Positions 34,429 to 43,079 of a stretch of DNA of 64,000 nt are shown here, in pieces; position 1 is the first letter of the stretch; every line of letters begins with the position of its first letter. The stretch is taken from contig JAOPYQ010000028.1 of assembly GCA_025964555.1 (NCBI GenBank), positions 11,754 through 75,753 on the forward strand. Reading direction: 5' to 3'. Source of the DNA: Thermoleophilia bacterium (lineage in GTDB: Bacteria; Actinomycetota; Thermoleophilia; Gaiellales; SKUG01). A program made the position numbers and the translations under genes. The notes under the pieces were generated by a model. That model searched no databases and was not told where the DNA came from. It worked only from the letters and a program-made list of their open reading frames with translations.

Positions 34429-35739
34429 GTGAGCCAGCCAGTGGGATCACCACGTCCCGTCGTGACGCCGACGAGGACGAAGACGAGCAGCGCAACGCCG
34501 ACGAAGTCCGGCACGAAGTCGCCTGCGCCCAAGCCGGCCCGCACCGACACCGATCAACCCGTGCCACGGGGATCCGGCGGCCCGAACGGCGCGACCACCG
34601 GCGCGACCAAGACGCGGGTCGCCACGCCCACGAAGGTCCGCAGCACCGCCACGCCCACGAAGGTCCGCACCGCGACTCCCACCAAGGCGAATCCCTCGGC
34701 CCCGCTCTCGGATCGGGCGAAGGAGCTGCGCGACCTCGCCCTCGAGACGCGCAGGGGACGCCTGCTCGTCCCACTCGACGGCCGCGTCTGGGATCCCGAC
34801 AACGACGACCTGACGAAGGCGCACAACGCCCATCACTCCAACACGCCCGAGGAGATGCGCGACGCGCTCGAGCACGACTACAACTGGCTCGAAGGCGACC
34901 TGCGCGTCGATGCACGCGGCGAGCTCGTGATGGCACACGACTCCGACAAGAAGGATTCGGGTCTCAAGCTCGACGAGTGGCTCGCGATCGGTGGCGCCGG
35001 TGAGCGCGGCCTGAAGGTCGACGTCAAGGAAGCCGAGGCGATCCCGAAGCTGCTCGAGACGCTCGAGGCGAGCGACATACCGGACGGCCGCATCATGCTC
35101 AACGTGAGCACGTCGCAGGTCGACGCCGACGACGTGCGCGAGATGCGCCGCCGCTTCCCCGATGCGTGGCTCGCACTCAATCCGAGCCCGGGCGACGACA
35201 ACGACTACGGCCCTGACGATCTCAAGCAGGTGACCGACCTCGCCGACACCGCCGGCGGACGCGTCGCGTTCCCGCTGCGCTGGGACCTCGTCACCGACGA
35301 CGTCATCGAGACACTCAAGCCGCACGGCAAGGTCTCCATCTGGACGTCGAAGTCCGAGGGCACGCCCGACCACCCCGGCAGCGAGACGCGCAAGCTGCGC
35401 GATCGCGGCGTCGACGGCGTCATCGACTTGGGCCCGCCCCAGAGCGTGGTCGAGAACCTCGCCGAACGCGGTCAGGACCTCTGGGAGTCCGGCCCCGTCC
35501 GAGGCGCACGCGACCTCATCGGAGGCATCCCTGGCGCCCTGGGCGATGCGTGGGGCGGCGTCAAGCACCTCGGGAGCTGGTTCGGTGATCGCGGTAGCGA
35601 CGCCCTCGACTTCGGGGGCGACGTCATCGACGGCGCCGGCGACGTGCTCGACAGTGCCGGCGACCTCGGCGGCGACATCCTCTCCGGAGCCGGCGACATC
35701 GCCGAGGACCTGCCACTCGTCGGCGGCATCTTCGGCTGA
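34429..35739 (+). CDS. Menorin/FAM151-like (GDPD / PI-PLC-fold) domain protein with a K/T/P-rich N-terminus and a Gly-Asp repeat C-terminus.
   Basis: Only the last ~436 codons of the 1424-aa ORF look coding. The putative GTG at 34429 sits just after a GGAGGA; the spacing is short, so the start is uncertain. Motifs: 'AHNAHHSN', 'NWLEGDLRVD', 'ELVMAHD', 'RGLKVDVKE'. Tail: 'GGDVIDGAGDVLDSAGDLGGDILSGAGDIAEDL'. Confidence 0.5.
   Translation: MSQPVGSPRPVVTPTRTKTSSATPTKSGTKSPAPKPARTDTDQPVPRGSGGPNGATTGATKTRVATPTKVRSTATPTKVRTATPTKANPSAPLSDRAKELRDLALETRRGRLLVPLDGRVWDPDNDDLTKAHNAHHSNTPEEMRDALEHDYNWLEGDLRVDARGELVMAHDSDKKDSGLKLDEWLAIGGAGERGLKVDVKEAEAIPKLLETLEASDIPDGRIMLNVSTSQVDADDVREMRRRFPDAWLALNPSPGDDNDYGPDDLKQVTDLADTAGGRVAFPLRWDLVTDDVIETLKPHGKVSIWTSKSEGTPDHPGSETRKLRDRGVDGVIDLGPPQSVVENLAERGQDLWESGPVRGARDLIGGIPGALGDAWGGVKHLGSWFGDRGSDALDFGGDVIDGAGDVLDSAGDLGGDILSGAGDIAEDLPLVGGIFG
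34621..34692 (+). repeat. Short in-frame tandem repeat (27 + 24 + degenerate 21 nt) encoding 'ATPTKVR(S)T' units.
   Basis: gccacgcccacgaaggtccgcagcacc / gccacgcccacgaaggtccgcacc / gcgactcccaccaaggcgaat. Confidence 0.8.
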
Positions 35740-35793
35740 TCCGCCCGTCGCGGGCACCGATCCCGCGACCCCGCCTGCTAGCGTGGGCGCCGA

Positions 35794-38070
35794 ATGGCGT
35801 CCCGGCAGACACCCACGCGCGCGCGCCGCGCGACCGTGCAGCCACCGCCCCCGCCGCCACGTCGACTTCGGCGCACCCGCGCCCTCGCGCGCTGGACCTT
35901 CTACGTCATCGCCTATGGCGCCGTGTTCGCCGTCGGTGGCTGGCTCGGTGTCGTCACCGCCGCGTTCCCCAAGCTCGACGACCTCGAGCAGCGCGCCGAG
36001 TTCCGCCAGGTCCCGGGCGCGATCCTCACCTCCGACGGGAAGACCGTCCTGCGCCGCCTGCGCGCGCCCGAGACGCGCACCTACCTCGAAACCGACCAGG
36101 TTCCCCCGCTCGTCGCGAACGCGGTGATCGCGGCCGAGGATCGACGCTTCCGCGACCACTTCGGCATCGATCCACGCGGCATCGCGCGCGCCGCCATCGC
36201 CGACCTGCGCTCACGCACCGTCGCCGAGGGCGGCTCCACGATCACGCAGCAGCTCGTCAAGAACACCTACGTCGGCCCCGACCAGACTCTCGCGCGCAAG
36301 TCCCGCGAGGCGGTGCTCGCCGTCGCGCTCGAGACGCGCTGGTCCAAGGACCGCATCCTCGCCGCCTACCTCAACACCGCGTACTTCGGCAGCGGCCGCT
36401 ATGGCATCGCCGACGCCGCGACCGGCTACTTCGGCGTCAAGGTCGCCAGGCTCACCCCCGCCCAGTCCGCCCTCCTCGCATCGCTGCTGCGCTCGCCGGA
36501 GGGCAACAACCCCGATCGCGCGCCGCGTCGAGCGCTCGTCCAACGCAACCTCGTGCTCGCCTCGATGCTCGAGCTCGGCACCATCACCGCGGCCCAGCAC
36601 CGCACCGCGATCCACACCCCGATGCCACGCCCCCGCGCGAAGCCCTCCGGGTCGAGCCGCGAACTCGCCCCGCAGCTGTCCGACCTCATCGTCGGCGACC
36701 TGGTCGAGCGCTACGGAGTCCGGCGCGCGCTCGGCGGCGGGCTGCGAGTGCGGACGACGATCGATGCCGACCTGCAGCGCGCTGCCAAGGATGCGGTCCA
36801 CGCGGTGGACGCGGTCGGCCTCGACGCCGCCATCGTCGCGATCGATCCCAGGTCGGGTGAGCTGCGCGCGGTCGCCCACGGCGGCGATGCCGCCACCTCC
36901 GCGTTCAACGTCGCGTTCGACGGTCACCGCCAACCCGGCTCAGCCTTCAAGCCCTTCATGCTCGCCGCCGCCTACGAGCACGGCTACGCCCCCGGCACCG
37001 CGGTGGTGAGCGCGCCGTTCAGCAAGACATATCCCGGCGGTCCCTTCACCGTCACCAACGGCGGTGGGTACGCCGGCACCACCACCCTCGATCGCGCCAC
37101 TTGGCAGAGCGACAACACCGTCTACGCGCGGCTGCAGGACCGGTTCGGCATCCAGTCCGCGATCGACGTCGCCACCGCGGCGGGCATCACGAGCCGCATG
37201 GATCCGGTTCCGGCGCTCGTGCTCGGGGCGCTCCCCGAAGGCACGACCCCGCTCGAGCTCGCCCACGCCTACGCGACCTTCGCCGCACACGGCACCAGGA
37301 CGTCACTCGTCGATGGCGGTGGCCCGCGCTATGTGTCGTTCGTGACCGAGCCCGACACCGACACGCGCTACCGACCGACCACCACCCGTCGACAGGTGCT
37401 CGACCCGGGCGTCGCCGACCTCGTCACCGCCACCCTGCAGGGCGTGGTGACATCCGGCACCGGCACCGGAGCAGCGATCGGGCGCCCAGTCGCAGGCAAG
37501 ACCGGCACCACCGAGGAGTACCGCGACGCGTGGTTCGTCGGCTACACGCCCGAGCTGGTCACGGCCGTCTGGGTCGGACACGTGGAGGGCGGCATCTCGA
37601 TGCGCACCGAGAACGGCGGCGGACCCGTGACCGGTGGCAGCATTCCCGCGTCGATCTGGCGCACCTTCATGCAACGAGCGCTCGACGACGTGTCGCCCTC
37701 GGAGTTCGAGCTCGAGACCCCCACCTACGTCACCGTCTCCATCGACGCCGAGAGCGGACTGCTCGCCGGTCCCTGGTGCGTCGGAGCCGTCACCGCGAAG
37801 TTCGTCGCCGGGCAGGAGCCCACCGAATCCGCGGGCACCTGTACCGAGCAGGATCGCCCCGTGCCGTCGCTCGTGGGACTGACGCTGGACGATGCCCGCT
37901 CGCAGCTGACCGAGGACCAGTTCGACGACGTCGTCGACGTCGAGGAGCGCCTCGTCACCAACCCGGACGATGCAGGGGTCGTGGTCGCCCAGCGCCCCGC
38001 CGCCGGCACCCGCATCTTCCGCGACGAGCGCATCGTGCTCGTCGTCGGCGAGGACCCCTTCGCGCAGTGA
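35794..38070 (+). CDS. Class A penicillin-binding protein (transglycosylase + transpeptidase) with a C-terminal PASTA domain.
   Basis: GT51 motifs 'AAEDRRFRDHFGIDPRG' and 'GGSTITQQLVKN'. Transpeptidase motifs 'SAFKPF' (SxxK), 'SDN' and 'KTGTT'. The C-terminal 'PSLVGLTLDDARSQL...VVAQRPAAGTRIFRDERIVLVVG' is PASTA-like. Confidence 0.92.
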   Translation: MASRQTPTRARRATVQPPPPPPRRLRRTRALARWTFYVIAYGAVFAVGGWLGVVTAAFPKLDDLEQRAEFRQVPGAILTSDGKTVLRRLRAPETRTYLETDQVPPLVANAVIAAEDRRFRDHFGIDPRGIARAAIADLRSRTVAEGGSTITQQLVKNTYVGPDQTLARKSREAVLAVALETRWSKDRILAAYLNTAYFGSGRYGIADAATGYFGVKVARLTPAQSALLASLLRSPEGNNPDRAPRRALVQRNLVLASMLELGTITAAQHRTAIHTPMPRPRAKPSGSSRELAPQLSDLIVGDLVERYGVRRALGGGLRVRTTIDADLQRAAKDAVHAVDAVGLDAAIVAIDPRSGELRAVAHGGDAATSAFNVAFDGHRQPGSAFKPFMLAAAYEHGYAPGTAVVSAPFSKTYPGGPFTVTNGGGYAGTTTLDRATWQSDNTVYARLQDRFGIQSAIDVATAAGITSRMDPVPALVLGALPEGTTPLELAHAYATFAAHGTRTSLVDGGGPRYVSFVTEPDTDTRYRPTTTRRQVLDPGVADLVTATLQGVVTSGTGTGAAIGRPVAGKTGTTEEYRDAWFVGYTPELVTAVWVGHVEGGISMRTENGGGPVTGGSIPASIWRTFMQRALDDVSPSEFELETPTYVTVSIDAESGLLAGPWCVGAVTAKFVAGQEPTESAGTCTEQDRPVPSLVGLTLDDARSQLTEDQFDDVVDVEERLVTNPDDAGVVVAQRPAAGTRIFRDERIVLVVGEDPFAQ

Positions 38071-38073
38071 CCC

Positions 38074-38094
38074 GTTCGACGCAGCTCGTCGAAC
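38074..38094 (+). terminator. Hairpin immediately after the PBP stop; terminator-like.
   Basis: gttcgacg-cagct-cgtcgaac gives an 8-bp perfect stem with a 5-nt loop, starting 4 nt after the TGA (38068-70). There is no U tract. Confidence 0.4.
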
Positions 38095-38101
38095 CCGCGC
38101 G

Positions 38102-38219
38102 CGATGCAACCCGCCGAACCTGCGCATGACGACGGTTCGCGAGGTCGCGTCGCGCCACGCGTCCGCCTGGACCGATGCAACCCGCCGAACCTGCGCATGA
38201 CGACGGTTCGCGAGGTCGC
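38102..38219. repeat. Two perfect 47-nt direct repeats (38102-38148 and 38173-38219; period 71 nt) in an intergenic region.
   Basis: cgatgcaacccgccgaacctgcgcatgacgacggttcgcgaggtcgc occurs twice, identically. Each copy contains a cgaacc...ggttcg inverted repeat (6 bp) around tgcgca. Confidence 0.9.
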
Positions 38220-38273
38220 ATCGGCCACCCCCATCGCGTCACATGGTTCGGTGACACCAGAACGTCCAAGGAT

Positions 38274-38939
38274 TCACGGTGCAGGTTCGACCGGGAACGG
38301 CTTCGACACGTGCGCGCCCCGCACGCCGAAGCGCCACGGCAGCTCCACCGCCTTCGTGATCCCGATGCGTGGGCCGACCAGCAGGTGCGCCCGGTCGAGC
38401 GGCAGCTCGATCCCGACCTGCGCCGCGAGCGCGATGTCGCGGTAGATCACGGGTCCGTGCGCCGCCGCGTCCAGCGCGTCGCCGAGCGACTGCAGGTCCT
38501 CGCGCAGCAGCACGCATCCGGTGTCGTCCAGGCGCAGGTCGAGCCCCTGCGCGAGCCGGCCGGGCCCGGTCAGCAGGTCCTTCGCACGCAACGCGCCGGG
38601 CTCCGTCGCCCGGCCGACCACGCGTCGTGCCCGGATGAGCTCTTCACCGTGGACCGGCATCCCGGCACGCAGCAGCACGGCCTCGCCGCTGCCGTCCGCG
38701 CCGGTCACCAGGTTCGCGCACCAGTGGATCCCGTAGGACAGGTACACGTACGCCGTTCCGGGGGGCCCGAACAGACCCGCCGTGCGCGGCGTCACCCGCC
38801 CACCGTAGGAGTGCGCCGCGGGCTCCTCCTCGTGATACGCCTCGACCTCGGTCAGGACCGCCGCGGTGCCGCGGCACGCGATCGTCCACCCGAGCAGGTC
38901 GGGCGCTACGTCAGCAGGGTGTCGCAGGGGCTCGAGCAT
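38274..38939 (-). CDS. DNA-3-methyladenine glycosylase (MPG/AAG family).
   Basis: 'TEVEAYHEEEPAAHSYGGRVTPRTAGLFGPPGTAYVYLSYGIHWCANLV' matches the MPG signature (E.EAY...DpAsH...G.T.R....FG..G.aYVY..YG.H.C.N.V). Confidence 0.85.
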   Translation of the reverse strand: MLEPLRHPADVAPDLLGWTIACRGTAAVLTEVEAYHEEEPAAHSYGGRVTPRTAGLFGPPGTAYVYLSYGIHWCANLVTGADGSGEAVLLRAGMPVHGEELIRARRVVGRATEPGALRAKDLLTGPGRLAQGLDLRLDDTGCVLLREDLQSLGDALDAAAHGPVIYRDIALAAQVGIELPLDRAHLLVGPRIGITKAVELPWRFGVRGAHVSKPFPVEPAP

Positions 38940-38984
38940 GTCCGCACATTGTGCCCGACCCTGCGCTCGCGATGCGCCTTCGCG

Positions 38985-40055
38985 CTAGCCGGCCGCGAGC
39001 GCGTCGCGCAGCGCACCGACCACGCGGTGCTGCTGCTGCGGCGACAGGTGCGGATACAGCGGAATCGAGACGGCACGGCGTGCCGCTGCCGCCGCGACCG
39101 GGCAGGTCTCGGCAGCGTCGAGCGCGAGTTCGTGCGTCGCGCACTCGATCCCGCCCGAGCGCAGGCGCTCCACGATCAGGTCACGGTCGACGTCCTCGTC
39201 GAGCAGGATCCAGTAGCCGAACCACGAGCGCACGTCGCCGTCGATCGACGACGGCGGAGTCGTCACGCCGGCCACCTTGATGAGCGCTCGCGCGTACTCC
39301 GCAGCCACGTGCTCGCGCATCGCGAGCATCCGCGGCACCTTCTCGAGCTGCGCCACGCCGATCGCGCAGCTGACATCGGACATGCGCACGTGCTCGAGGC
39401 GCGCGCGCCAGGCCTGCGCCAGGCCCGCGTCGTCGGTGCAGAGCATCCCGCCCTCGCCGATCGCGAGCTGGCGATCCTGGTCGAAGGAGAACACGCCCGG
39501 CCACGCTGCGTCGTCCATGATGCCGCGCCCGCGACGCATCGCGCCGAACGCCTCGCTGGCGTCCTCGATCACGGCGATGTCGTGCTCGCGCGCGAACGCC
39601 TGGAACGTCGGCACGTCGGATGGCCAGCCGAAGGAGTTGGACGCGATGATGCCCGCCGTGCGATCGCGCAGCGCGTCCGTCACGGCGTCCGGTGACAGCG
39701 TCAGCGTCCGCGCGTCCACATCCGCGAAGCGCACCGTCGCGCCGGTGCGATGCACCGCATCCACGGCAGCTGCCGGCGCGAGCGGGCTCATGATGACCTC
39801 GTCACCCGCACTCCACCCGACCGTCAGCGCCGCGATGCGCATCGCCGCGGCGCTGCTCGACACCGCGACGGCATGGCGCGTGCCGACCAGCTCGGCGAAC
39901 GACTGCTCGAAGCGCTGGCGCATCGGACCGTCGCTCAGGCGCCCCGACTGGAGCACCTCGGCGACGAGCTCCAGCTCGCGCCCGTTGAGGAAGGGCTGGG
40001 ACAGCGAAACGACGTCCTCGGACGCTGCCGCCAACGGTTGTGCCTGCATGAACAT
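38985..40055 (-). CDS. DegT/DnrJ/EryC1/StrS-family (fold-type I, sugar aminotransferase-like) protein lacking the Schiff-base lysine.
   Basis: The start is taken at ATG 40055 (MFMQAQP...); a longer alternative starts at 40133. 'LSQPFLNGRELELVAEVLQSGRLSDGP', 'VIEDASEAFGA' and 'VFSFDQDRQLAIGEGGMLCTDD' align to ArnB '[21 protein letters not shown]'. Arg (codon 39471-39473) sits where the PLP lysine should be. Confidence 0.75.
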   Translation of the reverse strand: MFMQAQPLAAASEDVVSLSQPFLNGRELELVAEVLQSGRLSDGPMRQRFEQSFAELVGTRHAVAVSSSAAAMRIAALTVGWSAGDEVIMSPLAPAAAVDAVHRTGATVRFADVDARTLTLSPDAVTDALRDRTAGIIASNSFGWPSDVPTFQAFAREHDIAVIEDASEAFGAMRRGRGIMDDAAWPGVFSFDQDRQLAIGEGGMLCTDDAGLAQAWRARLEHVRMSDVSCAIGVAQLEKVPRMLAMREHVAAEYARALIKVAGVTTPPSSIDGDVRSWFGYWILLDEDVDRDLIVERLRSGGIECATHELALDAAETCPVAAAAARRAVSIPLYPHLSPQQQHRVVGALRDALAAG

Positions 40056-40169
40056 TCGGTGGTGCGACTCCGGGGAGGGGGACTCGTCGTGCCCAATGCT
40101 ATCGATGCCGATCCCGACACCGTTCCCCGTCACGCCCCGAGCCGGCCCGCGTAGGCCACCCGACCCGAA

Positions 40170-41816
40170 TCAGCCCAGGTCGACCGACTGCGCGATCTCG
40201 CACGTCACCTTCGACGCGATCTGGTCGATCGCACCCTGCGGCGGCGCCTCGTCGAAGCTCACCACCATGAGCGCCACGCCGTCCTTTCGCGCCACGGACA
40301 TGTTCGCGATGTTCACCCCGGCATCACCGAACGCCGTACCGACACACCCGATTACGCCCGGCACGTCCTGGTAGCGGAAGAACGCCATGTGGCGCACGAG
40401 TTCGATGTCGAGGTCGAAGCCCACGAGCCGTGTCAGCCACGGCCTACCGGCGGTGCTGCCCAGCAGGGTGCCCGACGCCGTCGCCACTCGATCGCTGCCA
40501 CCCACGCGCACCGACAGCACCGAGCGGTAGGTCGTCGCCGCATCCTCGGCCGCGTCGCTCACGTCCAGCCCTCGCCGCTCGGCGACGTGCACCGCGTTCA
40601 CAGCGTTCACGGGCTCGTCCGTCGTGCCCGCGAGCAGGCCCACGATCGCGCCCGTCACGAGCATCCGCGTGCCATACGCCGCGAGCTCGCCGCGCGAGTG
40701 CACGTGCACCGACGACGGCGGCCCCACCACCAGCTGGTCCGCGAGCCGCGCAAGCCGCGACGCGAGCGGCATCCACGGCTGCAGCGCCTCGAGCTCCTCC
40801 GGTCCGATCGCCGGCACGTTCACCGCGCTCGTCACGACCCCCCCGCACAACGCAGCGACGACCTGGTCGGCGACCTGCTCGCCCGCGCGATCCTGCGCCT
40901 CGGTCGTCGACGCCGCCAGGTGCGGCGTGATGAGCACGTTCGCCCGCTCGAACAACGGGTGCGGCGCCGGCGGCTCGGTCGGGAACACGTCGAGCGCCAC
41001 GCCACCGAGCGTTCCAGTCTCGAGGGCCGCGTCGAGCGCGTCGAGGTCTACGAGGGGTCCGCGCGCCGTGTTGACGATGAGCGCGCCCGGCTTGAGCAGC
41101 CCCAGCTCGCGCTCGCCCACCAGCCCACGCGTCTCCGGGGTGAGCGGCATGTGCAGGCTCAGCACGTCCGCGCGCGCGAACGCCTCGTCGAGCGTGTCGA
41201 CCGGCTCCACGCCGATGCGATGGAACACCTCGCGCGACAGGAACGGGTCGTAGCCGACCACATGCATGTCGAACGCCTTCGCGCGCTCCGCCACGAGCTG
41301 CCCGATGCGCCCCATGCCGAGCAGCACGAGCGTGCGCCCGGCCAGCTCGATGCCGCCGAGCTTGGAGCGCTGCCACTCCCCCGCCCGCAGCGTCGCGTCA
41401 CCGCGCGCCACGTTGCGCGCCAGCGCGAGCATGAGTCCCATGCAGTGCTCGGCGACGCTCAGCACGTTGCTCGTCGGTGCATTGACGACGACGATCCCGC
41501 GCCGCGACGCAGCGTCGAGGTCGACATTGTCGACGCCCACGCCCGCGCGACCGATCACGCGCAGGTTCGTGCCCGCGTCGATGAGCTCGGCCGTCATCTT
41601 GGTGGCACTGCGGATGACGATCGCGTCGAACTCCGAGATCCGCGACGTGAGCGTGTCGAGGTCCCACCCGTCCGCGACCTCCACGTCGCAGCGGGCCGCG
41701 ATCGCATCGATGCCCGCCTGGGCGATCTTCTCGGCCACGAGCACGCGCGGTCGATCGCCACTCGCCTCGGTCACCGCGGCTGCTTCGGGCGCGGTGGTCG
41801 TCGACATCATCATCAT
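40170..41816 (-). CDS. serA: D-3-phosphoglycerate dehydrogenase (long form with ASB + ACT domains).
   Basis: 'GRAGVGVDNVDLDAASRRGIVVVNAP', 'LLGMGRIGQLVAERA' (NAD GxGxxG), 'NTARGPLVD'; 548 aa with an ACT-like tail. The ATG overlaps the upstream stop (ATGA); the N-terminus reads MMMM. Confidence 0.92.
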   Translation of the reverse strand: MMMMSTTTAPEAAAVTEASGDRPRVLVAEKIAQAGIDAIAARCDVEVADGWDLDTLTSRISEFDAIVIRSATKMTAELIDAGTNLRVIGRAGVGVDNVDLDAASRRGIVVVNAPTSNVLSVAEHCMGLMLALARNVARGDATLRAGEWQRSKLGGIELAGRTLVLLGMGRIGQLVAERAKAFDMHVVGYDPFLSREVFHRIGVEPVDTLDEAFARADVLSLHMPLTPETRGLVGERELGLLKPGALIVNTARGPLVDLDALDAALETGTLGGVALDVFPTEPPAPHPLFERANVLITPHLAASTTEAQDRAGEQVADQVVAALCGGVVTSAVNVPAIGPEELEALQPWMPLASRLARLADQLVVGPPSSVHVHSRGELAAYGTRMLVTGAIVGLLAGTTDEPVNAVNAVHVAERRGLDVSDAAEDAATTYRSVLSVRVGGSDRVATASGTLLGSTAGRPWLTRLVGFDLDIELVRHMAFFRYQDVPGVIGCVGTAFGDAGVNIANMSVARKDGVALMVVSFDEAPPQGAIDQIASKVTCEIAQSVDLG

Positions 41817-43009
41817 GCTCCGACCTCCACGCCGGTCGCGAGGAAGCTGCGCTGCGCGGCTGCCACGCCCGCACCCGGCTCGATTTCGATGCCGAGCTCC
41901 ACGAGGCCGCGTTCGAGCGCGCCGATCATGAGGACGACGTCCAGCTCGTTGACCCACCCGCAGTGCCCGAGGCGGAAGATCTTCCCCTTGAGGTCGTCCT
42001 GGCCGCCGGCGATGGTCACGCCGTACTCCTTGAGCTTGGACGGGATCTTCGTGCCGTCCACGCCCTCGGGCACCCGAACTGCGGTGAGGGCCACGGAGCT
42101 GTCGTGGTCGGGCGAGAACAGCTCGAAGCCGAGCGCGTCGACCGCTGCGCGCGCGGCGCGACCGAGCCGCACGTGACGCGTGAACACGCCCTCGAGGCCT
42201 TCCTCGAACATGATGCCGAGCGCCACCCTGAGGCCGAGCACGATCGTCAGCGCGGGCGTCACGGGAGTCGACGGCGGCGTCTTGCGGTGTGCGTCGACGG
42301 CCTTGGGCCAGTCCAGGTACCAGCGCCCGCTCGTGGTCTCGCGCGCACGCTCGAGCGCGCGCGGGGAGATCGATGCGAAGGCGAGGCCGGGCGGCACCAT
42401 GAGCGCCTTCTGCGAGCCGGCGACGACGCTGTCCCAGCCCCACGCATCCGCCTGCATCTCGGCTGCGCCGAGCGAGCTGATCGCGTCGAGCACGAGCAGG
42501 ACGTCGTCACCCGCCTGCGCCTTGATGGAGGCCGCGAGCGCCTGCGCGTCGGACACGGCGCCGGTCGAGGTCTCGGAGTGGGTGCAGAACACGACTCGCG
42601 TGTTCCGCTTCGATGCGACGAACGCGCCGACCTCGTCCGGGTCGGGGCGCTGGCCACGCTCGGTCTCGTGCAGGTGCACCGTGGCGCCGTAGCGCTCGGC
42701 CATCTGCGACCAGCGCATGCCGAAGCGTCCGTGGGCGGCGACGACCACCTCGTCGCCGGGTCGCACGAGGTTGGCGACTGCGCTCTCCATCGCGCCGGAG
42801 CCGGACGACGCGAACGTCGCGACGTCGTGCTCGGTGCCGAACACGCGCTTGAGGCCGGTGAGCACCTCACCGAACGCCTCCTGCCACTGCGGCGTGCGGT
42901 GGTGGATGATCGGTGCGCTCAGCTCGCGCAGCACCTCATCGGGCACCGGGGTCGGACCGGGCGTGAACAGGTGTACCTTGCGCGGGTGAAGAGGCGTCAT
43001 GGCTGACAC
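41813..43009 (-). CDS. Class V pyridoxal-phosphate aminotransferase (serine-glyoxylate / phosphoserine aminotransferase-like).
   Basis: 'HLFTPGPTPVPDEVL', 'SGSGAMESAV', 'DAISSLGA' and 'VVAGSQKALMVPPGL' (PLP Lys). Translationally coupled to serA, which suggests the serine pathway. Confidence 0.8.
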   Translation of the reverse strand: MSAMTPLHPRKVHLFTPGPTPVPDEVLRELSAPIIHHRTPQWQEAFGEVLTGLKRVFGTEHDVATFASSGSGAMESAVANLVRPGDEVVVAAHGRFGMRWSQMAERYGATVHLHETERGQRPDPDEVGAFVASKRNTRVVFCTHSETSTGAVSDAQALAASIKAQAGDDVLLVLDAISSLGAAEMQADAWGWDSVVAGSQKALMVPPGLAFASISPRALERARETTSGRWYLDWPKAVDAHRKTPPSTPVTPALTIVLGLRVALGIMFEEGLEGVFTRHVRLGRAARAAVDALGFELFSPDHDSSVALTAVRVPEGVDGTKIPSKLKEYGVTIAGGQDDLKGKIFRLGHCGWVNELDVVLMIGALERGLVELGIEIEPGAGVAAAQRSFLATGVEVGA

Positions 43010-43079
43010 CGTACCCTCGCGAGCGAAAAGCGGTCAACCGCTTCCCACGCAAGTCGACATGCGGCATCCCGCAGCGTCG

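Noticed and set aside
31465-35739. Giant 1424-aa plus-strand ORF spanning prfA, the delta-60 gene and beyond.
   Set aside because: Most of it is antisense to well-supported minus-strand genes (prfA, delta-60 protein). Its translation there is Arg/His/Gly/Asp-rich nonsense, typical of shadow ORFs in ~70% GC DNA. Only the last ~436 codons (34429-35739) have protein-like composition and motifs.
38102-38219. CRISPR array.
   Set aside because: There are only two repeat copies with a single 24-nt spacer, and no cas genes in the window. The repeat length (47 nt) and context do not fit. No other regularly spaced repeats were seen anywhere in the 64 kb.
38175-39695. 506-aa plus-strand ORF starting inside the second 47-nt repeat.
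   Set aside because: It is antisense to the MPG glycosylase and DegT-family genes. The ATG is simply part of the repeated intergenic sequence; the same ATG in copy 1 opens a different short ORF.
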